Under the pieces are notes generated by a model. The model did no database searches. It worked only from the letters and a program-made list of their open reading frames with translations, and had not been told where the DNA came from. Position numbers and translations under genes: made by a program. This document shows, piece by piece, positions 50,643 to 59,994 of a stretch of DNA of 64,000 bases. Origin of the DNA: Candidatus Latescibacterota bacterium (GTDB lineage Bacteria > Latescibacterota > UBA2968); the NCBI GenBank assembly GCA_965222605.1, contig OZ244960.1:2688001-2752000 (forward strand), written 5' to 3'. Every line of letters starts with the position of its first letter. Within the stretch, counting starts at the first letter, position 1.

Positions 50643-50744
50643 GGGAGATAAAGACGACTTCTCTTATTGGTATAAGCAGATCGAGTATGCATAAATACAC
50701 ACGTTTGTTGTTAAAATAAATTACAAAAAAATTAAATACAAAAC

Positions 50745-50810
50745 TTTAGTAAATTTAAGGCGTATGACTTTCTCTACAAGAGTTGCTGTGAATTTTAGAT
50801 AGCGAGCGAT
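50745..50810 (+). repeat. Second att-like repeat copy, overlapping the 3' end of the next gene
   Basis: See 41139-41218. Confidence 0.8.
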
Positions 50811-51483
50811 ATGGAATAAAAAGCACGTAAAATAACACCAGCGCTACACCGTCAAGGAATAAGAGATACCACGGCCACGGCAAAAAGAAAAAAGGCGATT
50901 TTGTAATGGGCGGATGGCAGAGAAACATATAATTGCTCCCCAGCATCAAATTGACGCCGATCAAAATAACAGCCAGAACATTGAGCAAAACAAAAACGCG
51001 CAACACCGATCTGCCTGTCGGCCGCATGCCCAGGCCCCATGTGGCGAACAGCGCAGCAGCGACAATACCGCCATGCGCGATAAAATATTGAAAAAAGCGA
51101 TACTGAGGAAAGCCTATATCGAGTTGAGGCGTAACAACCGCATTCGTCGCGCCGACAAGCCCCCAGAAATAGGCAATCTCATAAGCCGTCTGCCGCCGGA
51201 AAACGAGCATAGCGACAACCGCAAAAACAGTAATCCCACAAACATGCAATGGCATATACTCCTGCACAAACTCGTGTACCCCAACCGTCGCTATGCGATA
51301 GCTCCAATTCAGCACCTCGTTGACCGCGATCACCCCCGCAAACGCATAGCAGATAGCCTGAGTCACCCTCGCCGAATCGAGCCGCTTAACAACAAGAGTC
51401 AAAATAATCGGCACAGCAAGTACCACGCCCATCGCGACAACATGGGCAAAACCGAAAAACTCAAACTGGCTTGAAGGCATCAT
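50755..51483 (-). CDS. TIGR02206/YwaF-family integral membrane protein
   Basis: MPLHVC, YFWG, QYFIAH, GSNYMFL, PWPWY. Confidence 0.85.
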   Translation of the reverse strand: MMPSSQFEFFGFAHVVAMGVVLAVPIILTLVVKRLDSARVTQAICYAFAGVIAVNEVLNWSYRIATVGVHEFVQEYMPLHVCGITVFAVVAMLVFRRQTAYEIAYFWGLVGATNAVVTPQLDIGFPQYRFFQYFIAHGGIVAAALFATWGLGMRPTGRSVLRVFVLLNVLAVILIGVNLMLGSNYMFLCHPPITKSPFFFLPWPWYLLFLDGVALVLFYVLFIPYRSLSKIHSNSCRESHTP

Positions 51484-54452
51484 TTCTCCATCGATTTCAC
51501 AGTCACTCGATTATTCACTCGCGTAATCTCTTCCAACTTCTCCTCGGGATCCAGCACCACTGCAATGGAATCCGGCATATCAGAGCCAATGGAAAACGCG
51601 ACCTGCTTTGTTCTCGGCAGCAGATCCAAAGGCGCTTCCAAATTCTGAATTTGCATACGGCCGAGCGCGTTTTCACCATCGTACAGAGCAACCGTTAAAT
51701 TTTCAACATCCACTGTACCAATATTGTGTACCGTCACCCGTACGCTATCGCCATCCACCACCACATCGCGCGTGGAAATACCAGCATCTGGTAAATGCTC
51801 AGCCACCTTTTGAACTTCCCCTGTAAGATCAATCGAAATCCGCGTCAAAACCCGTGGGGGTAGATCAACCTCAACCCCCGTCCCCCGTCGGATACGCACC
51901 CCATCCCGCCGAAAAACATCTGCCTGCCCCATCCCTTTCACGACGACAGAATAAACCCCATCCTGCAAACGCCACAGACGTATACCCACTGTCTTCTCTT
52001 CGACCTCAAAATTATATGCCAATACACTGAGCGCTTCATCGGTACTCTCTGTCACCAGCGCGGCAAAATCTTCACCCGTATTCTTCCAGGTCACGACAAA
52101 ACTCGGAAAATCGCCCGCCCGAGTCACATCACCCGTGTACATTGCCAGTAAATGCTCAGCCCCTCGAACAAACACGCGATCCGTAAAATAAACTTCTGAA
52201 GTCAGAAATGGGCGGTTAATCCGCATGCTATTAATACTACTTTCACAACCCGAAATGAGATACGACACATCTCCTGTCAATCGCCAGCGCAAATAATTTG
52301 AACCACCCTCTCGAAACAAAGCATCGTATCGCGCATCACCCGTAAGCAACCGATAGCTCGAAAAGCGCTGCGGACTCAGCACCCGGCGCAAAGCCCATGC
52401 ACGAGAACCGACCTCGGCATCTGCGGGTAGATCATCCAAATTCTCGAGAATCGCCAACCCATCGCGGTGCGGTTGCAAAAAATCCTCATCTCCCGTAATC
52501 CACCAAACAGACAAAAGATGATCGTAAATCATCCCCGAAGCACTCGGAAAAGAATAAAGCCATCCCATACCCGTATCATACCACGTATCCCCCGGACCAC
52601 TCAGCTTATTCTCCGGAAATGTAATCGCCGCAGGAATCACCCCCGCGGGCTTTCCATCTCCCTCCCGACTGATCGCATCAATCCAGCTTTTTCCCCACTC
52701 GGAAATCAGACGCACAGCCTCTGGATGTCGATTGTACCAGGCCAACCAGCGAATCGGTTTTACCGCCCGTGCATTATAGGGCAGATCAACATTATAAGGC
52801 GTCCGTTCATCCACCTCGTGCGCCCCAATGCGCATCGACTTAAAATGCAAATTGCCCTGTTCGGTCTTACCCACCCACACATCGCGCATCACCCTCGCCG
52901 TTGCCATCGCGCGTTCCACATACTCCGGATTCCCGTATTCCGCCGCCAGAAGAATCGGATGCGTATCGGAAATCAGCTCTGAAGAATGCTCCACATCATA
53001 CGCGCGTTTGCTGTATCCATCCGCAATCAAATCGCTATTCCAAACACCATCAGCCATACGCCGTATTGCCCTGATCGCGCGGGCATCATCTGCCGCAAAA
53101 AAGGCGGGCTGCCAATGCCGAAACATCTCACAATCATCTTCATAATGCCCACCCATCTCGCCATTTTCAGCCTGCCGCTCATCCGTCCAGTAATGAATCA
53201 CATCGAGCAACCGCTTGAGTGCCTCGCGCTGTTTTGCCGCCCAGACCGGCGCACCTTCAGCGCCTTCGGTATATTTGGGATCGTCATAAGCGAAACGCTC
53301 GCCCAAATACATGCGAATCATCTGATCTTCTAAAAATGCCTCTCGAAGCTCCAAAAAAATTTCATCCGACGCCGCGACAAAACGCACATCATGCAGTTCC
53401 ATAAAATAGCCAAAATACACCTTGCCCAGAGCATACAACGCGCGAAACCGCAGGGGATCTCCGGGATCGCCCGCAACCAATCGAAGATGCACTTGTGCAT
53501 ACCACAGACGGCTGCTCTGGCCCATCCCAAACTTCTCTCTCGCCCAACTCCAATTGCGCGCTTCAACCCGGTCCAATCCCTCTAAATAGGTCAAAACATC
53601 CCGCACGCGATTTTGAGCGCGAACATCCGCAGTATCTCTTTTTAATACACCCAGAGCCTCCTCTATTAAAACGCGGTGATTCGGACAAGACACATGGCCT
53701 GCTATCGACAACAGAAGCTCAGCTTTCACATAAGATGCAACATCCACCTTTCGAAAATCCGATGCAGCACCCTCAAAATCTCCGCGATCATACCGGGCAA
53801 GCCCCTGCTGTAAATCAGGTGTTAGTACAACATCCGGATCAACCGGCTCTAAACGACCACCCACCCGTTGAAACAAATGGGGATAGCTGGGACGCAATGC
53901 CACGGACATCAGCCCCACGCGCTGTGCCTCATAAAGCTTGCCACTGCCCACACCCTCAATGCGAATCAGCACAGAATCTCCCGACACAGTCACCGGAAAA
54001 CGCAACAGTGTCGGTGGTATTTGATCCCACCGATGCATGGGACTATCCTGAGTACGCGCCGCAAAAACGCCATTGACATAAACCTGCAGTGACCGCGCAC
54101 TGGGACCATCGGGCACACCGACTTCAGCCATATAATACCCCGCTGGCACATCCACTCGAAACATCAGACCCTCTCGCGCATAGTCCCGACGCCCATAACG
54201 CCCACCAACACCATCCGTCAACAATGCGCCAAACCAGGAAAACGCCTCGGCAGCTTCAAACGAACCGGAAACCCGCGTGGTAAACCCATACCCGCGTTCG
54301 GCTGTATAAACATCACCTGACGTCACCCGTGTATAGCCCGATGCCACCTTTGAATCTGCAGCACCCATATCGAACAAATAGTTCTTCAATTCATCAGCAC
54401 TCGCCAAACCTGTCCCGATTACAAAACCTGTAAACAGAATTAAAATCCGCAT
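51480..54452 (-). CDS. Large secreted protein with N-terminal carbohydrate-binding-like module and C-terminal CARDB
   Basis: Signal peptide; YLFDMG..YTAERGYGF; VTVHNIG..VLDPEEKLEEITRVNN. Confidence 0.7.
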   Translation of the reverse strand: MRILILFTGFVIGTGLASADELKNYLFDMGAADSKVASGYTRVTSGDVYTAERGYGFTTRVSGSFEAAEAFSWFGALLTDGVGGRYGRRDYAREGLMFRVDVPAGYYMAEVGVPDGPSARSLQVYVNGVFAARTQDSPMHRWDQIPPTLLRFPVTVSGDSVLIRIEGVGSGKLYEAQRVGLMSVALRPSYPHLFQRVGGRLEPVDPDVVLTPDLQQGLARYDRGDFEGAASDFRKVDVASYVKAELLLSIAGHVSCPNHRVLIEEALGVLKRDTADVRAQNRVRDVLTYLEGLDRVEARNWSWAREKFGMGQSSRLWYAQVHLRLVAGDPGDPLRFRALYALGKVYFGYFMELHDVRFVAASDEIFLELREAFLEDQMIRMYLGERFAYDDPKYTEGAEGAPVWAAKQREALKRLLDVIHYWTDERQAENGEMGGHYEDDCEMFRHWQPAFFAADDARAIRAIRRMADGVWNSDLIADGYSKRAYDVEHSSELISDTHPILLAAEYGNPEYVERAMATARVMRDVWVGKTEQGNLHFKSMRIGAHEVDERTPYNVDLPYNARAVKPIRWLAWYNRHPEAVRLISEWGKSWIDAISREGDGKPAGVIPAAITFPENKLSGPGDTWYDTGMGWLYSFPSASGMIYDHLLSVWWITGDEDFLQPHRDGLAILENLDDLPADAEVGSRAWALRRVLSPQRFSSYRLLTGDARYDALFREGGSNYLRWRLTGDVSYLISGCESSINSMRINRPFLTSEVYFTDRVFVRGAEHLLAMYTGDVTRAGDFPSFVVTWKNTGEDFAALVTESTDEALSVLAYNFEVEEKTVGIRLWRLQDGVYSVVVKGMGQADVFRRDGVRIRRGTGVEVDLPPRVLTRISIDLTGEVQKVAEHLPDAGISTRDVVVDGDSVRVTVHNIGTVDVENLTVALYDGENALGRMQIQNLEAPLDLLPRTKQVAFSIGSDMPDSIAVVLDPEEKLEEITRVNNRVTVKSMEK

Positions 54453-54554
54453 ATATTACCCCTGTTAAACTGAGTGTTTAAGCCACTTTTCTTCAAAATA
54501 TGAAAAAATTCAAAAATCATTAAAACTTTTCGCCTCAACCAAACGTCTTGAAGG

Positions 54555-55154
54555 ATGAATATATACACAGAACCCCAAACAGGTCTCTCATTAATGAACG
54601 ATGCGGAATTGATTGCCCAGTTCCGAGCCGGGCAAATCGCGGCCTTTAACACCCTGGTCAAACGCTGGGAATGTCCGATCTACAACTTTGTCCTGCGCTA
54701 TGTGGGCAATCGAGACGACGCCCGCGACCTGTGCCAGCAAACCTTTATTCGCGCGTACAAAAACATGCGGCGTTTGCGCGACCCCGACAAATTCACCTCC
54801 TGGATCTATCAAATCGCGCTCAACGCCTGCCGAGACGCAGGCCGCCGTCGCACCCTCGTCTCCCTCGACACACTCGCCACCCCTATTGCAGACACAACAT
54901 CTCCCCCAGACGCGCTGATACACGAACAAAGCGTTCGGGACCTGCTCAACCGCGCATTGCAAAATCTACCCGAAGAACAACGCGTAGTCATCATCATGAA
55001 AGAATATCAGGGACTAAAATTCACCGAAATTGCCGAAACACTCAAAGTGCCCATCAACACGGTCAAATCCAGAATGTATTACGGCCTCTCTGCCCTGAAG
55101 AAAATTTTTGACCGCTGGCACATCAGCGAGGACATGGTGCGTTATGAACTGTGA
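54555..55154 (+). CDS. ECF sigma factor
   Basis: DAELI, DARDLCQQTF, FTSWIYQIALN, EIAETLKVPINTVKSR. Confidence 0.93.
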   Translation: MNIYTEPQTGLSLMNDAELIAQFRAGQIAAFNTLVKRWECPIYNFVLRYVGNRDDARDLCQQTFIRAYKNMRRLRDPDKFTSWIYQIALNACRDAGRRRTLVSLDTLATPIADTTSPPDALIHEQSVRDLLNRALQNLPEEQRVVIIMKEYQGLKFTEIAETLKVPINTVKSRMYYGLSALKKIFDRWHISEDMVRYEL

Positions 55155-55899
55155 CATCACCCGCGAACAACTCATCGCCTACCTCTACGACGAAGACATC
55201 CGTCCAGATGCGCGTGAACGCCTCAAAGCTCACATCGAAACCTGCCCTTCATGCAGCCAAACCCTTGAAGAACTGGGCAGCACATCCCGCATCCTCAATG
55301 CCTGGGGCGACGAAAAACCCAACCTGGACCTCGTCTTTGTACAAGAACGTCAAACCCCCTGGCAAAACCTGCTCCCCACGCGATATCCCAAAACCTGGGC
55401 AGCCGCGGGCGTAGCCATCGCCGCAATCCTCATCTTCACCTTTCTCAACATCGAATTTGCCATTCGAGACGGCGCATTCCACACCGCCATTGGCCTGCGA
55501 TCCAGCGACCCACCGGAACGGGTCGCCATTGCCGACACCTCTGAAGTCTCCACATTAGACGACCCCATCACCCTCGGTGAATTTATCGCCCATCAACAAA
55601 ACTTGATCGACTACACCAACCGCCTCGTCCAAACATCGCAAAACCAACAGCGCGATGAAGTCAACAACACCTTCATCCGCCTCGTAGGCGAACTCAAAAC
55701 CCAGCGCCAACAGGACCTCCTGCGCATTGACCGCGGACTACAAATCCTCTACAATACCCAGGAAACCCGCTATGACCACATCCTGCGACAGATAGCCCCT
55801 GTTAAAAACATCCTCTATGATAACGCAGTTGAAGTTTACGAGATACCTGTAGATAACCGACCATACCGCACGATACCCACAAGAAGAAAAACCCCATGA
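55144..55899 (+). CDS. Zinc-finger (HxxxCxxC) anti-sigma factor
   Basis: HIETCPSC, one TM, overlaps sigma gene. Confidence 0.85.
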   Translation: MNCDITREQLIAYLYDEDIRPDARERLKAHIETCPSCSQTLEELGSTSRILNAWGDEKPNLDLVFVQERQTPWQNLLPTRYPKTWAAAGVAIAAILIFTFLNIEFAIRDGAFHTAIGLRSSDPPERVAIADTSEVSTLDDPITLGEFIAHQQNLIDYTNRLVQTSQNQQRDEVNNTFIRLVGELKTQRQQDLLRIDRGLQILYNTQETRYDHILRQIAPVKNILYDNAVEVYEIPVDNRPYRTIPTRRKTP

Positions 55900-56357
55900 A
55901 GCGCGAACTCAAAAAACTCACATTACTGATGACAGCGCCGATCTTGCTATCCCTGGTCTGGAATATTCACGCATCTGACAAAGCGCCATCAGACACACGC
56001 GCAAAAGCCGCGCAACCTGATACAATATCAATATCAGTACCCCATACAGCACAACTCGATTCCCTAAGCAAAGCACTCTCCGATTCCATACGCAGGAGAG
56101 TTAGAATTTCTATCTTAGAACGCTATACATCCAACACCCGCGATCTGCTCCTCCGCCCGGCTGACAAAGCCATCTACACCGCAAGCGACCTGCTTCTGAG
56201 ACCCGGTGACAACATAAATTCTATATTTATCTTGCGTCACCCCGCACGAGTACAACGCAGAGTGTATCCTGGAGCAAGTCATATCCCTTATCGATTGACA
56301 CCAGTGGCACACCGCAACCATGGCTCAGCCACATCCGAAGACCAGAAGGAGCCATAG
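55896..56357 (+). CDS. Hypothetical secreted protein
   Basis: ATGA coupling, signal peptide. Confidence 0.6.
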   Translation: MKRELKKLTLLMTAPILLSLVWNIHASDKAPSDTRAKAAQPDTISISVPHTAQLDSLSKALSDSIRRRVRISILERYTSNTRDLLLRPADKAIYTASDLLLRPGDNINSIFILRHPARVQRRVYPGASHIPYRLTPVAHRNHGSATSEDQKEP

Positions 56358-56405
56358 CCGGAGACGGTTCACATGTATCACTCTCATTACCAAAAGGAGA
56401 TATCA

Positions 56406-57623
56406 ATGTATCACTCTCATCTACTGAAAATCGCAATAATTGTTCAGATATTTGCTACAAGTGTGATGGCGCAGGAGATCTCAGTTGAGAAGGCCAAAGA
56501 AGTGTTGGCTATGAATGTAATGGGAAAGCAGAGCTTGATTGGACAGGCTGCACCAGAATTGAACATTGAAAAATACCTGCAAGCACCAGAAGGTAAAAAA
56601 AGCTTATCGGCATTAAAGGGCAAAGTTGTCGTCCTGGAATTTTGGGCAACCTGGTGCGCCCCCTGTGTGGCAGAGATTCCACATCTGAACCAGCTAAGCG
56701 AGGAATTTCGCGACAAGCAAGTGCAGTTTATCTCGGTAACAGATGAAAGTGAAGACATAATTGCGCCATTTCTGAAACGACAAGAAATGAAATCGTGGAT
56801 TGGACTGGACACGGATCGATCAGTCTTTGAAGCTTATGGTGTCAGGGGAATCCCACGGACATTTTTGATTGACCAAAAAGGCATAATCGCCGCATCGCTT
56901 CACCCAGTAGGACTCTCGTCTGACATGATCAAAAAGGTCATCGCCGGAGAAAAAATAGAGCTTCCCAAATTGCCAAAACCAAAAACTGTCGAAAACGAAG
57001 GCACCGACCCCATCTTCAAAATTTTGATAGCTCCTACAGAAAAAGAAGGCGGCCGCAGTTCAAGCAAAATTTCAAAAGGATACAAACAACGGGAAGCAGA
57101 GAGCAAAACATTGCACCAGATTTTAAGCATGGCTTATGGTGTTCCCACAACGCGGATTCTGGGGCCAGAGGCACTTTTAGAGTCGCGGTACGAGATTTCA
57201 GTCAGACTGCCGACCAATCAGTTCGAATTACTATTCCAACAAGCGTTGACGGCATCACTAAAGTTGCGCGTTTCCAACCAGAAAAAATCTGTTGAAGTCT
57301 TCGTGCTCACGGCTGGAGAAGACGGCGCAGAAAAATTGAAGCCCACAGTAATGGGTTCGTCGGGATCTATGACAAGCGGTGGGCGTGGTAAGATAAAGAC
57401 AATGAACGGTGCAATCAGCAGACTGGCGCAGTCATTGGAGTACGTTTTAGAGCGTGTCGTAGAGGATGGTACCGGGATAGAGGGAAAATACGACTGGGAA
57501 ATCACCTATGACGAAGACGATCCCAATTCAGTGCTCGCGGTTCTGAAAGAACAACTCGGTTTACGAATTCGGAAAGAACAGCGGGAAATTGAGTTTTTGG
57601 TTGTGAATGATACCAATCATTGA
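56406..57623 (+). CDS. TlpA-like thioredoxin fused to TIGR03435/DUF3738-like domain
   Basis: EFWATWCAPC; VEDGTGIEGKYD, LKEQLGL; AAGGAG SD. Confidence 0.8.
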   Translation: MYHSHLLKIAIIVQIFATSVMAQEISVEKAKEVLAMNVMGKQSLIGQAAPELNIEKYLQAPEGKKSLSALKGKVVVLEFWATWCAPCVAEIPHLNQLSEEFRDKQVQFISVTDESEDIIAPFLKRQEMKSWIGLDTDRSVFEAYGVRGIPRTFLIDQKGIIAASLHPVGLSSDMIKKVIAGEKIELPKLPKPKTVENEGTDPIFKILIAPTEKEGGRSSSKISKGYKQREAESKTLHQILSMAYGVPTTRILGPEALLESRYEISVRLPTNQFELLFQQALTASLKLRVSNQKKSVEVFVLTAGEDGAEKLKPTVMGSSGSMTSGGRGKIKTMNGAISRLAQSLEYVLERVVEDGTGIEGKYDWEITYDEDDPNSVLAVLKEQLGLRIRKEQREIEFLVVNDTNH

Positions 57624-57640
57624 CGAAAGGAAAAATCATC

Positions 57641-58978
57641 ATGAGACATATCGTGACAAAAATCGCGCAAACCATCCTATTTACAGGAATAGCTCTCTTT
57701 GCACTTTGCACTTCGGCCCTCGCCGACATAGACTGGAAACGCATGAAACGCGACCTCTCCATTCAGGAAAGCATACTCGACCAATTTTTTGACGAAAAAA
57801 AAGTTTCCACAACCGGTCTTTATATCGAAAATCACGGCGTCTTGCTCATTGCCAGCGGCGGGATACACAAATACGAGATTCAGGTGCATGCGATTGGTGA
57901 CGAAAACGTTAATATTGTTGCTACACCCGACAAGGGTGTTTTTCGAATACAGAAGATTAAACGCGACAAAAACAATGAAAATGAAGAGGAAGAAATTCTC
58001 GAATTTTCTATGACCGAAAAGAAACCAGAAGCCTCAAAAGATCAAAATGAAGCCACAAAAAAACAAATCACCGAATTTTTAAGTCTCTATGGGAATACCA
58101 TTGGACAACTCAAAGATGACGATCGCATAACCATTCTCTTGCACTCGGCAGAACGCTACTTCCACAGCTTTAGTGCCTCACACTTTGATAAACAGATGGA
58201 GACGCTGAAGAAACAGCACGAAGCGTTGAAAAAACGGATGGAGACGCTGAAGAAAACGTACGCATCATCCGAAAAACAAATGGAGGAAGCCTACAAAAAA
58301 CAACTGGGAACCCTGGGAATACGGATAGGGGCTTTGCAGAAAGAACAGGAAGCCTCTAAAAACATAATGTTCAAAATTGCCCATCCCAAGGGCATCCTCC
58401 TTGAAGCCACCGTCACCAAACGCGACATTGATGCGTATAACCGGGGTAAAATTGACGAACAAACCTTCCATAATCGAATCACCTTTCGCGAGCACAAACC
58501 ACAGCCTGCACGTGACAAAACCATCGACATCATGGCCGACATTTTGACCACTATTCTCAAAAAGGATACGGATCTTCACTTCTTGACTGGTACTCAATGC
58601 ACGGGCTTCTATCAAAAAGGCATAGGCGCACTCTTTCTCATATCGCAAAAGGGCAATCTATTTGGGTACGATTGGGACAAACAAGAATCCGATCAAGATG
58701 ACGGACTCGACGCATTCAAAAACTCCGTTATTGAAACCCTCGCCGACTACGGTTCAACCCTGCGCGGCTTATCATCAGAGGAATCCATCATCGTTCACAC
58801 CAACCTCATCGGTGATAGCCACTTCAAAATCGGTCGCACAAACAAAGACAAAACAACCGATATTAAACATCCCGACCGCATCCTTTTCCGCGTTGCCAAA
58901 CGCGATATTGAAGCCTACGCCAGCCAAAAAATCGACCTCGACACATTCCGAAAAAGAGTTGCAATTACTGAGATGTAA
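57641..58978 (+). CDS. Hypothetical secreted protein with two repeated domains
   Basis: Signal peptide; KRDIDAY/KRDIEAY and YGNTI/YGSTL duplicated. Confidence 0.7.
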   Translation: MRHIVTKIAQTILFTGIALFALCTSALADIDWKRMKRDLSIQESILDQFFDEKKVSTTGLYIENHGVLLIASGGIHKYEIQVHAIGDENVNIVATPDKGVFRIQKIKRDKNNENEEEEILEFSMTEKKPEASKDQNEATKKQITEFLSLYGNTIGQLKDDDRITILLHSAERYFHSFSASHFDKQMETLKKQHEALKKRMETLKKTYASSEKQMEEAYKKQLGTLGIRIGALQKEQEASKNIMFKIAHPKGILLEATVTKRDIDAYNRGKIDEQTFHNRITFREHKPQPARDKTIDIMADILTTILKKDTDLHFLTGTQCTGFYQKGIGALFLISQKGNLFGYDWDKQESDQDDGLDAFKNSVIETLADYGSTLRGLSSEESIIVHTNLIGDSHFKIGRTNKDKTTDIKHPDRILFRVAKRDIEAYASQKIDLDTFRKRVAITEM

Positions 58979-58996
58979 GACAAAGGATAAATCACT

Positions 58997-59032
58997 AAAG
59001 AATCCCACCCTGAATACAGGATGGGATTCTTT
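58997..59032. terminator. Hairpin between convergent genes
   Basis: AAAGAATCCCAcCCTG..CAGGaTGGGATTCTTT. Confidence 0.7.
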
Positions 59033-59056
59033 GTAGCAATGACAAACAAAACCTTC

Positions 59057-59117
59057 TGGATCGCGGCTAAAATCCTGCCGCGATGACACACGGGACGGCA
59101 CGGGGACCGTCCCCTAC
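59057..59117. repeat. Composite REP A + REP B
   Basis: TGGATCGCGGC..ATGAC then GGGACGGCACGGGGACCGTCCCCTAC. Confidence 0.85.
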
Positions 59118-59165
59118 AACACCTCGACGCGATGACGAGAGTCGGGAAAAGGATTTCCCTCCTAC

Positions 59166-59837
59166 TCAATTCCCGCCACCACCGCGACCACCACCACGAC
59201 CACCTTGACCACCGCGCCCGCCGCCACCGCGACGGCCCTGCTGGCTCTGAGGCTGTCTGGGCGGACCTGCCTCAATCGCAATACTCACACGCACCTCATC
59301 CCCCAGCACATTGGCAAAATTCGCCCAGCTATTCACGCCAAAATCCGAACACAACAGCGTCAACTCAGTCTCAAAACCAGCCAGAGGTGTATTGCGCTGC
59401 GGATGCGTGCCAACGCCGAGTACTGTCACCGGTATCGTAATGCTCTTCATCACGCCGTGCATCGTCAAATCACCCGTCACCAGAATCTTTTCACCATCCA
59501 TTTTGGCCGACTTGCTCTTAAACATAATCGTCGGATAAGTCTCCACCTCAAAGAAATCTGCACCGCGCAAATGACCGTCGCGACGCTCATTCCCCGTATC
59601 GATACTCCGCGTCTGGATCGTCGTTTCAATCATCATCTTTTCGGGCGCAGCCGGATCGTAATCAATCATGCCATTAAACTGATTAAATCTGCCCGTCGTG
59701 CGGCTCACAAAGTGCCGAATCGAAAACCCGACCGACGAATGCGCCCGATCGATCTGGTACTTCTCGGCAAAACTCGTATCCGCCATCACAAGCGACGACA
59801 CCAGCCCCAAACACAACAAGCGTATGACTCTTAACAT
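59166..59837 (-). CDS. yceI: YceI-family polyisoprenoid-binding protein
   Basis: IDRAHSSVGF, RDGHLRGADFF, GDLTMHG; Gly/Arg-rich tail. Confidence 0.9.
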   Translation of the reverse strand: MLRVIRLLCLGLVSSLVMADTSFAEKYQIDRAHSSVGFSIRHFVSRTTGRFNQFNGMIDYDPAAPEKMMIETTIQTRSIDTGNERRDGHLRGADFFEVETYPTIMFKSKSAKMDGEKILVTGDLTMHGVMKSITIPVTVLGVGTHPQRNTPLAGFETELTLLCSDFGVNSWANFANVLGDEVRVSIAIEAGPPRQPQSQQGRRGGGGRGGQGGRGGGRGGGGN

Positions 59838-59917
59838 TACATCCTCCTGTAACTTTAGAACTCTCAGTAGAGTCCCGTGAAAAATTATCCCCGGCGTTAT
59901 TAACCAAACGACAACCC

Positions 59918-59972
59918 TGGATCGCGGCTAAAATCATGCCGCGATGACGGGCGAGGCATGCCTCGCCCCTAC
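59918..59972. repeat. Composite REP A + REP B
   Basis: TGGATCGCGGC..ATGAC then GGGCGAGGCATGCCTCGCCCCTAC. Confidence 0.85.
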
Positions 59973-59994
59973 GGTTGTTCCCACTTCCTCCTTC

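Noticed and set aside
49560-50760. loxP-like site beside the recombinase
   Set aside because: No convincing 13-8-13 inverted repeat visible
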